Positions 1 to 7,539 of a stretch of DNA of 64,000 nucleotides are shown here, piece after piece. The notes beneath the pieces were generated by a model. It saw nothing but the letters and a program-made list of their open reading frames with translations. It was not told the DNA's origin and did no database searches. The stretch's first letter is position 1. The number at the start of each line of letters is the position of its first letter. Source of the stretch: a virus; IMG/VR virus record IMGVR_UViG_3300038412_000061, positions 1 through 64,000 of that record, one strand, 5' to 3'. A program made the translations under genes and the position numbers.

Positions 1-9
1 CAGGTGGCA

Positions 10-70
10 TTTATCAAATCACCTGCCCCGACACACATCGCGTGCGCGCGATCCGGGGAAATGTTAGACT
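10..70 (+). promoter_or_regulatory. Cassette repeat/promoter copy 1
   Basis: (TTTATC)AAATCAC ending at 22, N14, ATCGCGTGCGCGCGAT 37-52, N12, TAGACT 65-70 preceded by TGn. Confidence 0.85.
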
Positions 71-114
71 GGTGACATGAAGGACAAGACATACCAAGCG
101 TGGGAGGAACTACA

Positions 115-234
115 ATGGACGAGCAGGGACTCATCGAAGCCCAGGACGAGAACCGGAGCAAGACTGCTGAGGAACTGGAAGAGGAGTCGCGTCGATTTCT
201 GACGGACCACTTCGTCTTCCTTCAGGTCGGTTGA
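115..234 (+). CDS. 39-aa acidic hypothetical protein (MDEQGLIEAQDENRSKTAEELEEESRRF...)
   Basis: GGAGG RBS before ATG115, TGA at 232-234; directly behind repeat copy 1; below the ORF-track cut-off. Confidence 0.65.
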   Translation: MDEQGLIEAQDENRSKTAEELEEESRRFLTDHFVFLQVG

Positions 235-248
235 GCCGGTGGGGGTGA

Positions 249-309
249 GTGATTGAATCACCACCCTCCCAGCGCATCGCGCGCGCGCGATACTCCCATC
301 TGTTAGACT
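249..309 (+). promoter_or_regulatory. Cassette repeat/promoter copy 2
   Basis: GTGATTGAATCAC 249-261, N14, ATCGCGCGCGCGCGAT 276-291, N12, TAGACT 304-309. Confidence 0.9.
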
Positions 310-330
310 GTGTGTAACCAAGGAGGAGAA

Positions 331-585
331 ATGACGATTATACGTTTTGACGAGTATTACGTATGCGGTGAGTGCGCCCAAGTAGTCTGTAACGGGCTGG
401 GGGGTATGGACCTAGACCCTGAGCGCGAGGAGGAGATTATCGAGGGTTTGGGCCAGATAGAAGGTCACTGGGCGCCGAATTGGGACAGTGAGACGGGCGA
501 GGGTATGCTCGAATTCTCGTGGCGTCAGTGCGACGGATGCGGTACGAATCTCGGAGGGGAACGCTTAAGGATGGCGATTGTCTAG
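331..585 (+). CDS. Acidic hypothetical protein with two CxxC pairs (probable Zn binder)
   Basis: AAGGAGGAG RBS before ATG331; CGEC and FSWRQCDGCG motifs. Confidence 0.8.
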   Translation: MTIIRFDEYYVCGECAQVVCNGLGGMDLDPEREEEIIEGLGQIEGHWAPNWDSETGEGMLEFSWRQCDGCGTNLGGERLRMAIV

Positions 586-595
586 CCGAGGGTGC

Positions 596-656
596 GTGAT
601 TGAATCACGCGCCACCGCGTGTATCGCGCGCGCGCGATTCGCCAACCTGCTACACT
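596..656 (+). promoter_or_regulatory. Cassette repeat/promoter copy 3
   Basis: GTGATTGAATCAC 596-608, N14, CG palindrome 623-638, N12, TACACT 651-656. Confidence 0.9.
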
Positions 657-685
657 GGGGGAGAACCACAACCAAAGGAGTAGCA

Positions 686-820
686 ATGGCAATCAGCCGA
701 GGAGAGCAAGAGCAGAACGAGCGAATTCATGAGAATTTGCAGTATGCGGATTGGGGGAGCATGACTTTCGATGACTTCGAGGAGATGTTCGAGGACCGCG
801 ACCCCCTGGAGTTCCTCTAA
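686..820 (+). CDS. 44-aa acidic hypothetical protein
   Basis: AACCAAAGGAG RBS before ATG686; 3' part of track ORF 578..820. Confidence 0.75.
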   Translation: MAISRGEQEQNERIHENLQYADWGSMTFDDFEEMFEDRDPLEFL

Positions 821-921
821 TGGAGAACGACATTCCGAACCCTCCCCTTACGGAGGTCGAGTTGGAGATTTTCTACGGACTTTGGGACATTTTCTACCAG
901 CACGACTACGAGGGGGAGTAG
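820..921 (+). CDS. 33-aa acidic peptide (MENDIPNPPLTEVELEIFYGLWDIFYQHDYEGE)
   Basis: TAATG overlap with upstream stop; ends exactly at the next repeat. Confidence 0.55.
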   Translation: MENDIPNPPLTEVELEIFYGLWDIFYQHDYEGE

Positions 922-978
922 TCGAATCCGGGGAACCGGACAGAATCGCGCGTGCGCGATAAGGGAATCTAGTACGCT
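918..978 (+). promoter_or_regulatory. Cassette repeat/promoter copy 4
   Basis: Degenerate box GTAGTCGAATCCG 918-930, N14, ATCGCGCGTGCGCGAT 945-960, N12, TACGCT 973-978. Confidence 0.8.
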
Positions 979-1006
979 GATGGGACAACCAAACGAAGGA
1001 GCAACA

Positions 1007-1312
1007 ATGTCAACATTCACCCCGGTACGTCGAGCGTCACTCAGTGACGTTCCCGACCTCATCACCACATTCACACCGTTTCAGACATCGTCAATGTCTG
1101 GTGAACTCCGCGCCCAAACGGAGACCTCCGCGCCCAGGTACTCAGTGCGTTCGTACCAAACGACAATCTTCGTGGTGGACATGAACCGCTACCGGTACTG
1201 GTTTGACCAGAGTTTCTACTCATCGACCACGTCACAACACCAAGCGCGAATTCGTCAGGCCGTCAGGGAACTGGAAGACCACGGTTACAAGATGGTCCCC
1301 AGGTTCGACTGA
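1007..1312 (+). CDS. Hypothetical phage early protein (Y-x-V-x-SY-x-T...YSxTTSxHQ motif family)
   Basis: AACCAAACGAAGGAG leader before ATG1007; motif recurrent in phage early regions. Confidence 0.8.
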   Translation: MSTFTPVRRASLSDVPDLITTFTPFQTSSMSGELRAQTETSAPRYSVRSYQTTIFVVDMNRYRYWFDQSFYSSTTSQHQARIRQAVRELEDHGYKMVPRFD

Positions 1313-1369
1313 ATGAATCCCCGGAAGGGGGTGCAATCGCGCGCGCGCGATCAGCACACCTGCTAGGCT
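1309..1369 (+). promoter_or_regulatory. Cassette repeat/promoter copy 5
   Basis: CTGAATGAATCCC 1309-1321, N14, CG palindrome 1336-1351, N12, TAGGCT 1364-1369. Confidence 0.85.
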
Positions 1370-1402
1370 GGTTGCAAGCAACCAAACGAAGGAGATTCAC
1401 TC

Positions 1403-1711
1403 ATGAACTACTGGCCCGAATTCACCGCCGATGAGACCACCATCACCCTGTCGGACCACCCGTTTTACGACCTGGGATATGCCATCTACGTGACCGCGCG
1501 TCACTTTGAGAACAAGGACGATGAGTACCCCGCCTCGTTCGCCACTCACACCTTCGTCTACGCCACTCCCGAGGCCGCCGAGTACGCCTACAATGGAGCG
1601 CAGTACGTTCGCTCCCTGTTCAGCGCGCTTGCTGATGACTCCCTCACCGCGTATGTCAGCATAGAGGCCCACTTGGACAAAATGCCATACCGGGTAGAAA
1701 TTCCCGAATAG
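1403..1711 (+). CDS. Acidic hypothetical protein
   Basis: AACCAAACGAAGGAG leader; 102-aa ORF. Confidence 0.8.
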   Translation: MNYWPEFTADETTITLSDHPFYDLGYAIYVTARHFENKDDEYPASFATHTFVYATPEAAEYAYNGAQYVRSLFSALADDSLTAYVSIEAHLDKMPYRVEIPE

Positions 1712-1716
1712 GGAAC

Positions 1717-1867
1717 TACATCGAATCACGGCCTAGCAAGCCGTTCGTGTGCGCGATAATCGGTTACAAATCAAATCACCGCTCCGGCAGTCCATCGCGC
1801 GCGCGCGATGTAGTCGGGAAGGGCGTATGATTGAATCACGAGCCAGCCGAGGATTCATGCGCGCGAT
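1717..1867 (+). repeat. Three tandem empty copies of the cassette repeat (no -10 box, no gene)
   Basis: AATCAC ends at 1729, 1779 and 1839, each followed after 14 nt by a CG palindrome or its remnant (1744-1757, 1794-1809, 1854-1867). Confidence 0.85.
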
Positions 1868-1879
1868 AGAGCTCGCCCT

Positions 1880-2048
1880 ATTTCCTACTTCGTCACTGGG
1901 AATAGTGGGGATCTTGGGGGTGGGATGATCATTTCCTACAAAGTCGATAGAAATTGTCGGGAATTGCGACGATCTACGGACATTTCCTACTAATTCACTA
2001 GGAATAGGGGACAATGATCATTCTCTACTAATTCACTAGGAATTGTGG
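1880..2048. repeat. Four imperfect ~30-bp direct repeats ATTTCCTAC...CACTAGGAAT
   Basis: Copies near 1880, 1931, 1982 and 2020; the last two share CTACTAATTCACTAGGAAT. Confidence 0.7.
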
Positions 2049-2205
2049 ACCGGGGGAGATTGTGGGCTAGGACACTGACCAGGCAGAATGCCACGAGAGA
2101 CCCCTAGAATGACCTCTAAGGCCTGCTAGCCAAAAAGCGGACCTAACCCCCACCCTGACAATTTGCGGGGATATTCCCTGGTCAGAAAGGGTGAGACAAA
2201 TTTCT

Positions 2206-2214
2206 TGTGGATAA
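2206..2214 (-). promoter_or_regulatory. Consensus DnaA box
   Basis: TGTGGATAA on + equals TTATCCACA on -; single copy in a non-coding region. Confidence 0.35.
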
Positions 2215-2448
2215 CTTGTGTATTTGTCATTGAAACGTTCAAACGTCGCGCGAACATGATATTGTGGTCATTGTAGTTGATGTACCCCGGATGGGTCCGG
2301 TTTGCTAACCCCTGCACCTTCACATACTGGGCGGTTCACCTAGGGATAGGTAGACATACCATGCGCGACCACGCGCGACCCACATAACGACCAAAAACGC
2401 ATTACAACGCATTTTTAATCAATCAACCAAACGAAGGAGATGTTTACT

Positions 2449-3360
2449 ATGTCAAGAACTACTAACCTAACCGCGTCAGGTGTACCCACGACCGGTATGG
2501 CCTGCTCGAATTCTGGCGCACCGAGTCAGGTCTACAATTGGCAGTTAGAGGTTGTGTCAGCGCTAGACCTCCTGGTGTCTGCCAGAGTGAAGGAATACTT
2601 CACTGCCGACCGTATCGGCGCGACAGATACGGAGGTTCAGCAATTGGCCCTACGTTCAATCACCGGTACGCAACCGCGCCAAGACCTTAAGGGGAAATTG
2701 GCCACCCAAGTTACTATGTGGACAATCGCCGGATTCAACGTTGGCACCAGTCGCGCGCCGGTCATCGAGTATCACCTCACCGACCTATCCGCCGACATCG
2801 TCCTATCATCCGGAGGCCACGACGGGCGCGAGACCATGGCCAGCGCGGTAATGAAGGTGTCTCACCCCTACGAAACGGTATCGGTGCCAGAACAAACGCG
2901 CTATTTGCTGGTTAACCGGGGCGAGACGACCGCAACGGAGTATCTAGTATCCACAGGTGGCGACGCGCAAGACACCATCAACCGTGCCATTGCCAACGGT
3001 CGGGTTAAGGTGCGCCTAGTGGAGACGATACCGGCCCACGAAGTTCCGCGACAGTATCACCTGACGACGCCTAGTGAAGCGCCAGGATACACCAGGACTT
3101 GCGGTTGTGACGCCAAGTCACGAGGTCCCCTTACACGCACCGCGACCCTGGCGAATGCCCACAAGGGCGAGGCCTCAAACGCCAAGGGTCTGGCCCATTT
3201 GGTGGCGCGCGACTTGCTTACCATGGTCGAGACTAGGCGTGACGTGTTCGCCGGTGGCGTGCTCGCCAAGACGGGCGCGTCATACCAACTACAGCACTCC
3301 CCGGACCAGCGCCTAGTGGAAGGTATCCGCGCCAAGTACCTAGTAGGCACCACGCGATAG
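2449..3360 (+). CDS. Hypothetical protein (303 aa), no recognisable domain
   Basis: Same AACCAAACGAAGGAG leader as the cassette genes; long ORF followed by a terminator. Confidence 0.85.
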   Translation: MSRTTNLTASGVPTTGMACSNSGAPSQVYNWQLEVVSALDLLVSARVKEYFTADRIGATDTEVQQLALRSITGTQPRQDLKGKLATQVTMWTIAGFNVGTSRAPVIEYHLTDLSADIVLSSGGHDGRETMASAVMKVSHPYETVSVPEQTRYLLVNRGETTATEYLVSTGGDAQDTINRAIANGRVKVRLVETIPAHEVPRQYHLTTPSEAPGYTRTCGCDAKSRGPLTRTATLANAHKGEASNAKGLAHLVARDLLTMVETRRDVFAGGVLAKTGASYQLQHSPDQRLVEGIRAKYLVGTTR

Positions 3361-3371
3361 GCCACGACGAC

Positions 3372-3418
3372 GCCCACCCCTACGGGGGTGGGCATTGTCG
3401 CGTTCGGGTGACTTTTTA
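3372..3418 (+). terminator. Intrinsic terminator-like hairpin
   Basis: GCCCACCCC-TACG-GGGGTGGGC, with a T run about 20 nt downstream. Confidence 0.65.
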
Positions 3419-3788
3419 TGCAGTCATGGGGGGGTGGTGTCAAAATGCTCATTTATTCACGCCAGCGATTAAAAAGCCGTATTTCGAGTTTGCGAAGGCG
3501 GTACCCACGAAGATCTGATCAGCTAAATGGGGTATATGAACCGATGTTCATTGGAATGCGCCTATCCATTCTGATCAATCACTCTAGAATCCACGCATCG
3601 GGGCCTACGTTGGCAGGAGAGACGAGCAAAAGTGAAATAGATGGGGAGTACTTGATTTGATCTTCAGAGGCTTAGAAGTCAAATTAGCGCGTCTACTACA
3701 CCCTCAAAACCCTGGAAGTCCAAAAAAATCGATACCTCCGGTGGCCCCCCCAAAAAATTTCAGGGACCAAAATTCCCCCTATATGTAC

Positions 3789-3817
3789 TTGACAAACCCG
3801 TTGGACTGTGCTATACT
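3789..3817 (+). promoter_or_regulatory. SigA/sigma70-type promoter
   Basis: TTGACA-17-TATACT with TGn extension. Confidence 0.85.
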
Positions 3818-3823
3818 GCAATC

Positions 3824-3998
3824 GTCAGGAACCCACGGCGACTTGCGAACCGCCTACGGGCTGTGTAACCACCATTTGGGAGGCACATAAGCGAGCTGGC
3901 AGGATAGTGGCGCGTTTTTGGGTGCGGTGTGACGGAACCCATACTTAGGGGTAGCTCCCCACAAACCCTTCATCATCGCAAGCGTTGGAGGGCGTCCC
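3824..3998 (+). ncRNA. Candidate structured ncRNA (~175 nt)
   Basis: Follows a consensus promoter, no credible ORF; 5' CGGCG(A)CTTGCGA pairs with 3' TCGCAAGCGTTG; internal hairpins. Confidence 0.6.
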
Positions 3999-4095
3999 TA
4001 TGATAACTTACGAATATTCGTGATCAGCGACATAATGCGCTAAATTGTGAATATGAGCAAGTTCGACAACAGCGCCCCGGAAGATTCGTATAGGG

Positions 4096-4124
4096 TTGAC
4101 AATCCACGCTACATGTGTTAGACT
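4096..4124 (+). promoter_or_regulatory. SigA-type promoter, leaderless transcript
   Basis: TTGACA-17-TAGACT, ATG 6 nt downstream. Confidence 0.85.
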
Positions 4125-4130
4125 CGTGCC

Positions 4131-4433
4131 ATGACTATTAAAACGATAAGATGCCAACGTATCGACCCGCCGTCCGAGGCCGTATGGGTCACGGAGGAGA
4201 ACGTTGAGGAGGTCGCCGCCTGGGTGCGGTCCAAGAACCGCAACTTCCAAGCAGACGTTTACAGCAATGGAAAGCGTATCTGTCTGTGGAGCGATGATTC
4301 AGACTGGGTCAACTCCGTAGGGGTGAATAGCTACTTGATATACACGCCGGATGAGGAGTTCATTGACTCATGGGATTCCTTGGACTTCTACGATTTCGAA
4401 GGCGCCGAGTACTACAGGATTCTGGACAGGTGA
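4131..4433 (+). CDS. Hypothetical protein
   Basis: 100-aa leaderless ORF. Confidence 0.75.
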   Translation: MTIKTIRCQRIDPPSEAVWVTEENVEEVAAWVRSKNRNFQADVYSNGKRICLWSDDSDWVNSVGVNSYLIYTPDEEFIDSWDSLDFYDFEGAEYYRILDR

Positions 4434-4618
4434 CGACGACATCGCGGCTGAAAAAGATCGAGGAGCGCCTGGGCAAACTTGAGTGCGGTGAGCCCCGCGT
4501 CGTGTCAGGCTACCTGGAGGGTATGTACGTCAGACTGACCATCCCAGGCGAGTTGAAGCATATGCTCCATCGTGGCTCAACCATTGATCTCAACGTGACG
4601 GAGCTGGTTGGCAAGTAA
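4430..4618 (+). CDS. Hypothetical protein
   Basis: GTGA overlap with upstream gene; 3' part of track ORF 4370..4618. Confidence 0.6.
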   Translation: MTTTSRLKKIEERLGKLECGEPRVVSGYLEGMYVRLTIPGELKHMLHRGSTIDLNVTELVGK

Positions 4619-4815
4619 TGCTTCGGTGCGTCCACACCTGGCTAGGTCGGCACAGGGTATTTTTGGCGCGGGGAGTCCACCCCTTCATGGCCAGATTCAG
4701 TAATTGAATATTCTTACATTGGCACAATGTTTCAATATCCTGGCAAAAACTTCTTCATTTATGTTGAACACCCGTCAGGGTGCCCCGTTGAAAAAAATCG
4801 TTTGAAAGAGGGAAG

Positions 4816-4986
4816 ATGAGCGTTGAGCAGATGGTGATAGAGGCGTTGGCTAATATCGAAAAGAATTGTCCCCACGTTCAAAAATATGGACATGGAGAGT
4901 TTGTGATTGAAGAAACCTACGATCAAGGACGTTATGATACGTACCTTACCGTTCTAGAAGCGATCCGTTGTGCAGAAAGTAACTAA
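4816..4986 (+). CDS. 56-aa hypothetical protein (MSVEQMVIEALANIEK...)
   Basis: AAAGAGGGAAG before ATG; read manually. Confidence 0.5.
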   Translation: MSVEQMVIEALANIEKNCPHVQKYGHGEFVIEETYDQGRYDTYLTVLEAIRCAESN

Positions 4987-5006
4987 AACAGTGAGTTACT
5001 CCACAC

Positions 5007-5375
5007 TCAACTGGGATAGTAGCGACAGGGGATTCCGGCGAGCGCGAGGCGTGCTTCCATGTCCTTTGTCCCCTTGCCGCCTGAAAAGACTAAGGCGAAA
5101 TCAGCCCCAAGATCGCACATTAACTGGTTCCTTTGTGGTCCTGCCTGAGGGTTGTACGATCCGCCGATTTTCCAATTCGCTGGGTGAGCCTCGGTACGAA
5201 ACCCTAAGTAAGCAGCAGCTTGAGAACATATCGAGTCCGCCCCAGATGCAGCACCGTGGACCAGTACATCGCCTTCTTGCAAGTTGTCGCGCACTGCTCG
5301 GTAGATCAGGATGAAATCGTAGTTGTCGCGACCCCCAGTAACCAGAACTCTTCTACTCATCTTTAGCTCGATCAT
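5007..5375 (-). CDS. DUF2493 / YspA-like SLOG family protein
   Basis: RVLVTGGRD, LVHGAASGAD, AGPQRNQLM and GGKGT motifs. Confidence 0.85.
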   Translation of the reverse strand: MIELKMSRRVLVTGGRDNYDFILIYRAVRDNLQEGDVLVHGAASGADSICSQAAAYLGFRTEAHPANWKIGGSYNPQAGPQRNQLMCDLGADFALVFSGGKGTKDMEARLALAGIPCRYYPS

Positions 5376-5919
5376 TCAACCCTGCCTTATACGCTTGATC
5401 CTGCACCCGGCGAAGGAAAGAGGTTAAGAAGCCTCTGTCTACGGGCGGCTGTTCTTGCCCATACGGATAGTCATGGCGGCGTGGTGGGATAGGAGTGAGG
5501 CGCTTAGCCTTCTTTTTGACTCTCAGCGTTCCCGCGTCGTTCAGAACCATGAGCCCCCATCGCTCTGGGAGCTCGCCGTCCTTCACGAACGACGCATCTG
5601 ACACAACTAGATACCAATAGTCGCAATGCTTGATGAATTCAGCGCTCTTCTCGGGATCTTTTAACTCGCTCAGCCAATCAGCACGCGACACCTTGACTTC
5701 GTGTCCAGTGAATGCCAAGCCTTCTCCCCTGGAGTTGCAAGTGTCAAAGGCTATGAAATCGGCTGTTCTCTTTGAGTCCCACCCGGCGTCTGAACGCACA
5801 TGAGATGCGCAAACGTACTGTTGTACTACAGGGATTCCCCGCCATTGGGTCTTTCCCAGGGGGGAGTAACGTTGGAAAAGAGCCTCGATCACTTGAGACT
5901 CCGTATGCTTATTCGCCAC
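5353..5919 (-). CDS. MmcB-like PD-(D/E)xK nuclease-fold protein
   Basis: RTADFIA...GHEVKVSRADWLSELKDPEK...CDYWYLV...ELPERWGL; probable GTG start at 5919. Confidence 0.75.
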   Translation of the reverse strand: MANKHTESQVIEALFQRYSPLGKTQWRGIPVVQQYVCASHVRSDAGWDSKRTADFIAFDTCNSRGEGLAFTGHEVKVSRADWLSELKDPEKSAEFIKHCDYWYLVVSDASFVKDGELPERWGLMVLNDAGTLRVKKKAKRLTPIPPRRHDYPYGQEQPPVDRGFLTSFLRRVQDQAYKAGLNDRAKDE

Positions 5920-6202
5920 CGATCCCCCCCGTGTTCTCGGTGAGAATGGCGAGGGCAGATTCCAGGAATTCGTCATCTCTTCTGTCGGTTGAGTCAATCT
6001 CCTCTAATAGCTCCACCGCCTGCCCCACCCTCTTACGAAGTTCTTCTAGGGCGACGCGTAATAGGATAGCGTCGCAGGGGTAGGGGATTTGTTGCGCTTC
6101 AGGCCAATCGTCGTCATGGCAGAACGAACAAACCAACTCTCTCATGAGATTTGTTCGAGGCTGATGCTTCATCCGCATATCGGCTATCTGTTCAGCGTTC
6201 AC
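5909..6202 (-). CDS. Hypothetical protein (H...CxxC...YPC motif)
   Basis: ORF in an overlapping-gene operon. Confidence 0.7.
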   Translation of the reverse strand: MNAEQIADMRMKHQPRTNLMRELVCSFCHDDDWPEAQQIPYPCDAILLRVALEELRKRVGQAVELLEEIDSTDRRDDEFLESALAILTENTGGIGGE

Positions 6203-6555
6203 GAGTAGTAGAACTCCATGTAGTCGTGCCGCTGGTGGTCAACGGACTCCTTTATTGCCGCCATGAGGTCCCCCCATGCGCGGAACGAGAAACTTCCCAC
6301 CGTCCCATCCTCAAACAACGGGACGCCCTCGTCGCACTGTTGGTGACGCCCGCCGTCAATCCAGTGACCCCTTTCAATGACGCTCTCACGAATCGCCTCA
6401 AAGTACCCGTGCTTTTCTTCGGAGAAGGCATCAAGGAAGTCCTGCCACGTATCGTGACGTTCCCACCCGAACCACCCTCCCATTCCTCCAACGCTGTCGG
6501 GTCGGTCTCCAATGTCGTCGTAGGCAATCCACTCAACTACTTTGTGTTCAGCCAT
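6199..6555 (-). CDS. Hypothetical protein
   Basis: GGAGGAG RBS before MAEHKVV. Confidence 0.75.
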   Translation of the reverse strand: MAEHKVVEWIAYDDIGDRPDSVGGMGGWFGWERHDTWQDFLDAFSEEKHGYFEAIRESVIERGHWIDGGRHQQCDEGVPLFEDGTVGSFSFRAWGDLMAAIKESVDHQRHDYMEFYYS

Positions 6556-6880
6556 TCTCTCCTCCTTCAGACTGAGGGGCGCGAAAGGACCGGACAATGG
6601 CGATGGCGTCATCCGTGGCCGCTCGATAGGCACGAGACCAAGGTCCTACTCCACAGACTTCGCTCACAGAATCCTTTATGGCCGTCTCTATCTTGGCGAG
6701 GAGTTCGGCCACGGGGTCACTTTTTTCGATAATTGCAATGAGGCGTTCCCCCCACTTGATTGCTTCCTCAGAATCGAAAACTCCATCAGGCTTTGGGTTC
6801 CAACACAGCGACGCCGAACCCAAGGTCTGCATCACATCCTCGCTAAGCGTTGAACTACGGTCTTGAACTTCTTCCATCAC
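6548..6880 (-). CDS. Hypothetical protein
   Basis: GGAGGAGGA RBS; ORF track. Confidence 0.7.
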   Translation of the reverse strand: MMEEVQDRSSTLSEDVMQTLGSASLCWNPKPDGVFDSEEAIKWGERLIAIIEKSDPVAELLAKIETAIKDSVSEVCGVGPWSRAYRAATDDAIAIVRSFRAPQSEGGENG

Positions 6881-6919
6881 TCCTCCTCCATCTCTCGTCC
6901 TGCGCTCGCAGAAATCACG

Positions 6920-7246
6920 TCAGCCACCCCCAGGCATCCCAGGCATGTCGCCTTCGGTGGGGTTTCGCATTACCCACGTCACTGACGTTGAACCGTCGTA
7001 CTGGCTGACAAAAATGACCCTCGTGGGGGTGTAGACGTTGACCGCTTGGCATTCCGGCGCTCCATACTCGGTGGAATACTCGTAGTCCAGCATCGGCTTC
7101 GCGTCTTCAGTCGAGAGAACGGTCGCCTTACGCCACGGCGGTTTACCCTCACTGTTGTAGTCGCCCCAGCCCATATCACCGATTACCACGGCTTCCACCG
7201 ACTCATCGCCAACCACTTCCATCAGGTCATCCCAAAAGTTGCTCAT
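6920..7246 (-). CDS. Hypothetical protein
   Basis: AAAGGAG RBS; ATGA overlap. Confidence 0.75.
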   Translation of the reverse strand: MSNFWDDLMEVVGDESVEAVVIGDMGWGDYNSEGKPPWRKATVLSTEDAKPMLDYEYSTEYGAPECQAVNVYTPTRVIFVSQYDGSTSVTWVMRNPTEGDMPGMPGGG

Positions 7247-7539
7247 CTCTCTCCTTTGTCGGTGTCGGGCTGAGGGGGCGCCAACTCGTAGTTCTGCTCA
7301 AAGATGTCGGGCTTGCAGGGGTAGAACTCTCCTTGAACGCCTTTGATAATCCAGTCGCCGGGTCTGGCGGTAATCCAACCTTCGAGTGTCTGAATATCCC
7401 ATGAGGCTTTGGGATGGCACGCATCTTCGTGGTGTTCAACTCCCAGCCACCGTGCCAAGTCCTTGCACGATTCGCCGGGGACGTACCTCATCGCCTCGAC
7501 CACCACTGGCTTCTTGCGGTACTTCGTCGGTCGGCTCAC
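7243..7539 (-). CDS. Conserved phage protein, YRKKPV/PGDYG-like family
   Basis: KYRKKPVVVEA...TLEG...PGDWIIKGVQGEFYPCKPDIF. Confidence 0.85.
   Translation of the reverse strand: MSRPTKYRKKPVVVEAMRYVPGESCKDLARWLGVEHHEDACHPKASWDIQTLEGWITARPGDWIIKGVQGEFYPCKPDIFEQNYELAPPQPDTDKGER

Noticed and set aside
10-1867. CRISPR array or integron attC array
   Set aside because: Units are gapped motifs with 50-410-nt spacing and promoter elements; no cas or integrase gene and no attC GTTRRRY/RYYYAAC ends.
3418-3890. ORFs 3418..3660 and 3657..3890
   Set aside because: No RBS, atypical composition with homopolymer runs, and the second runs through a consensus promoter.
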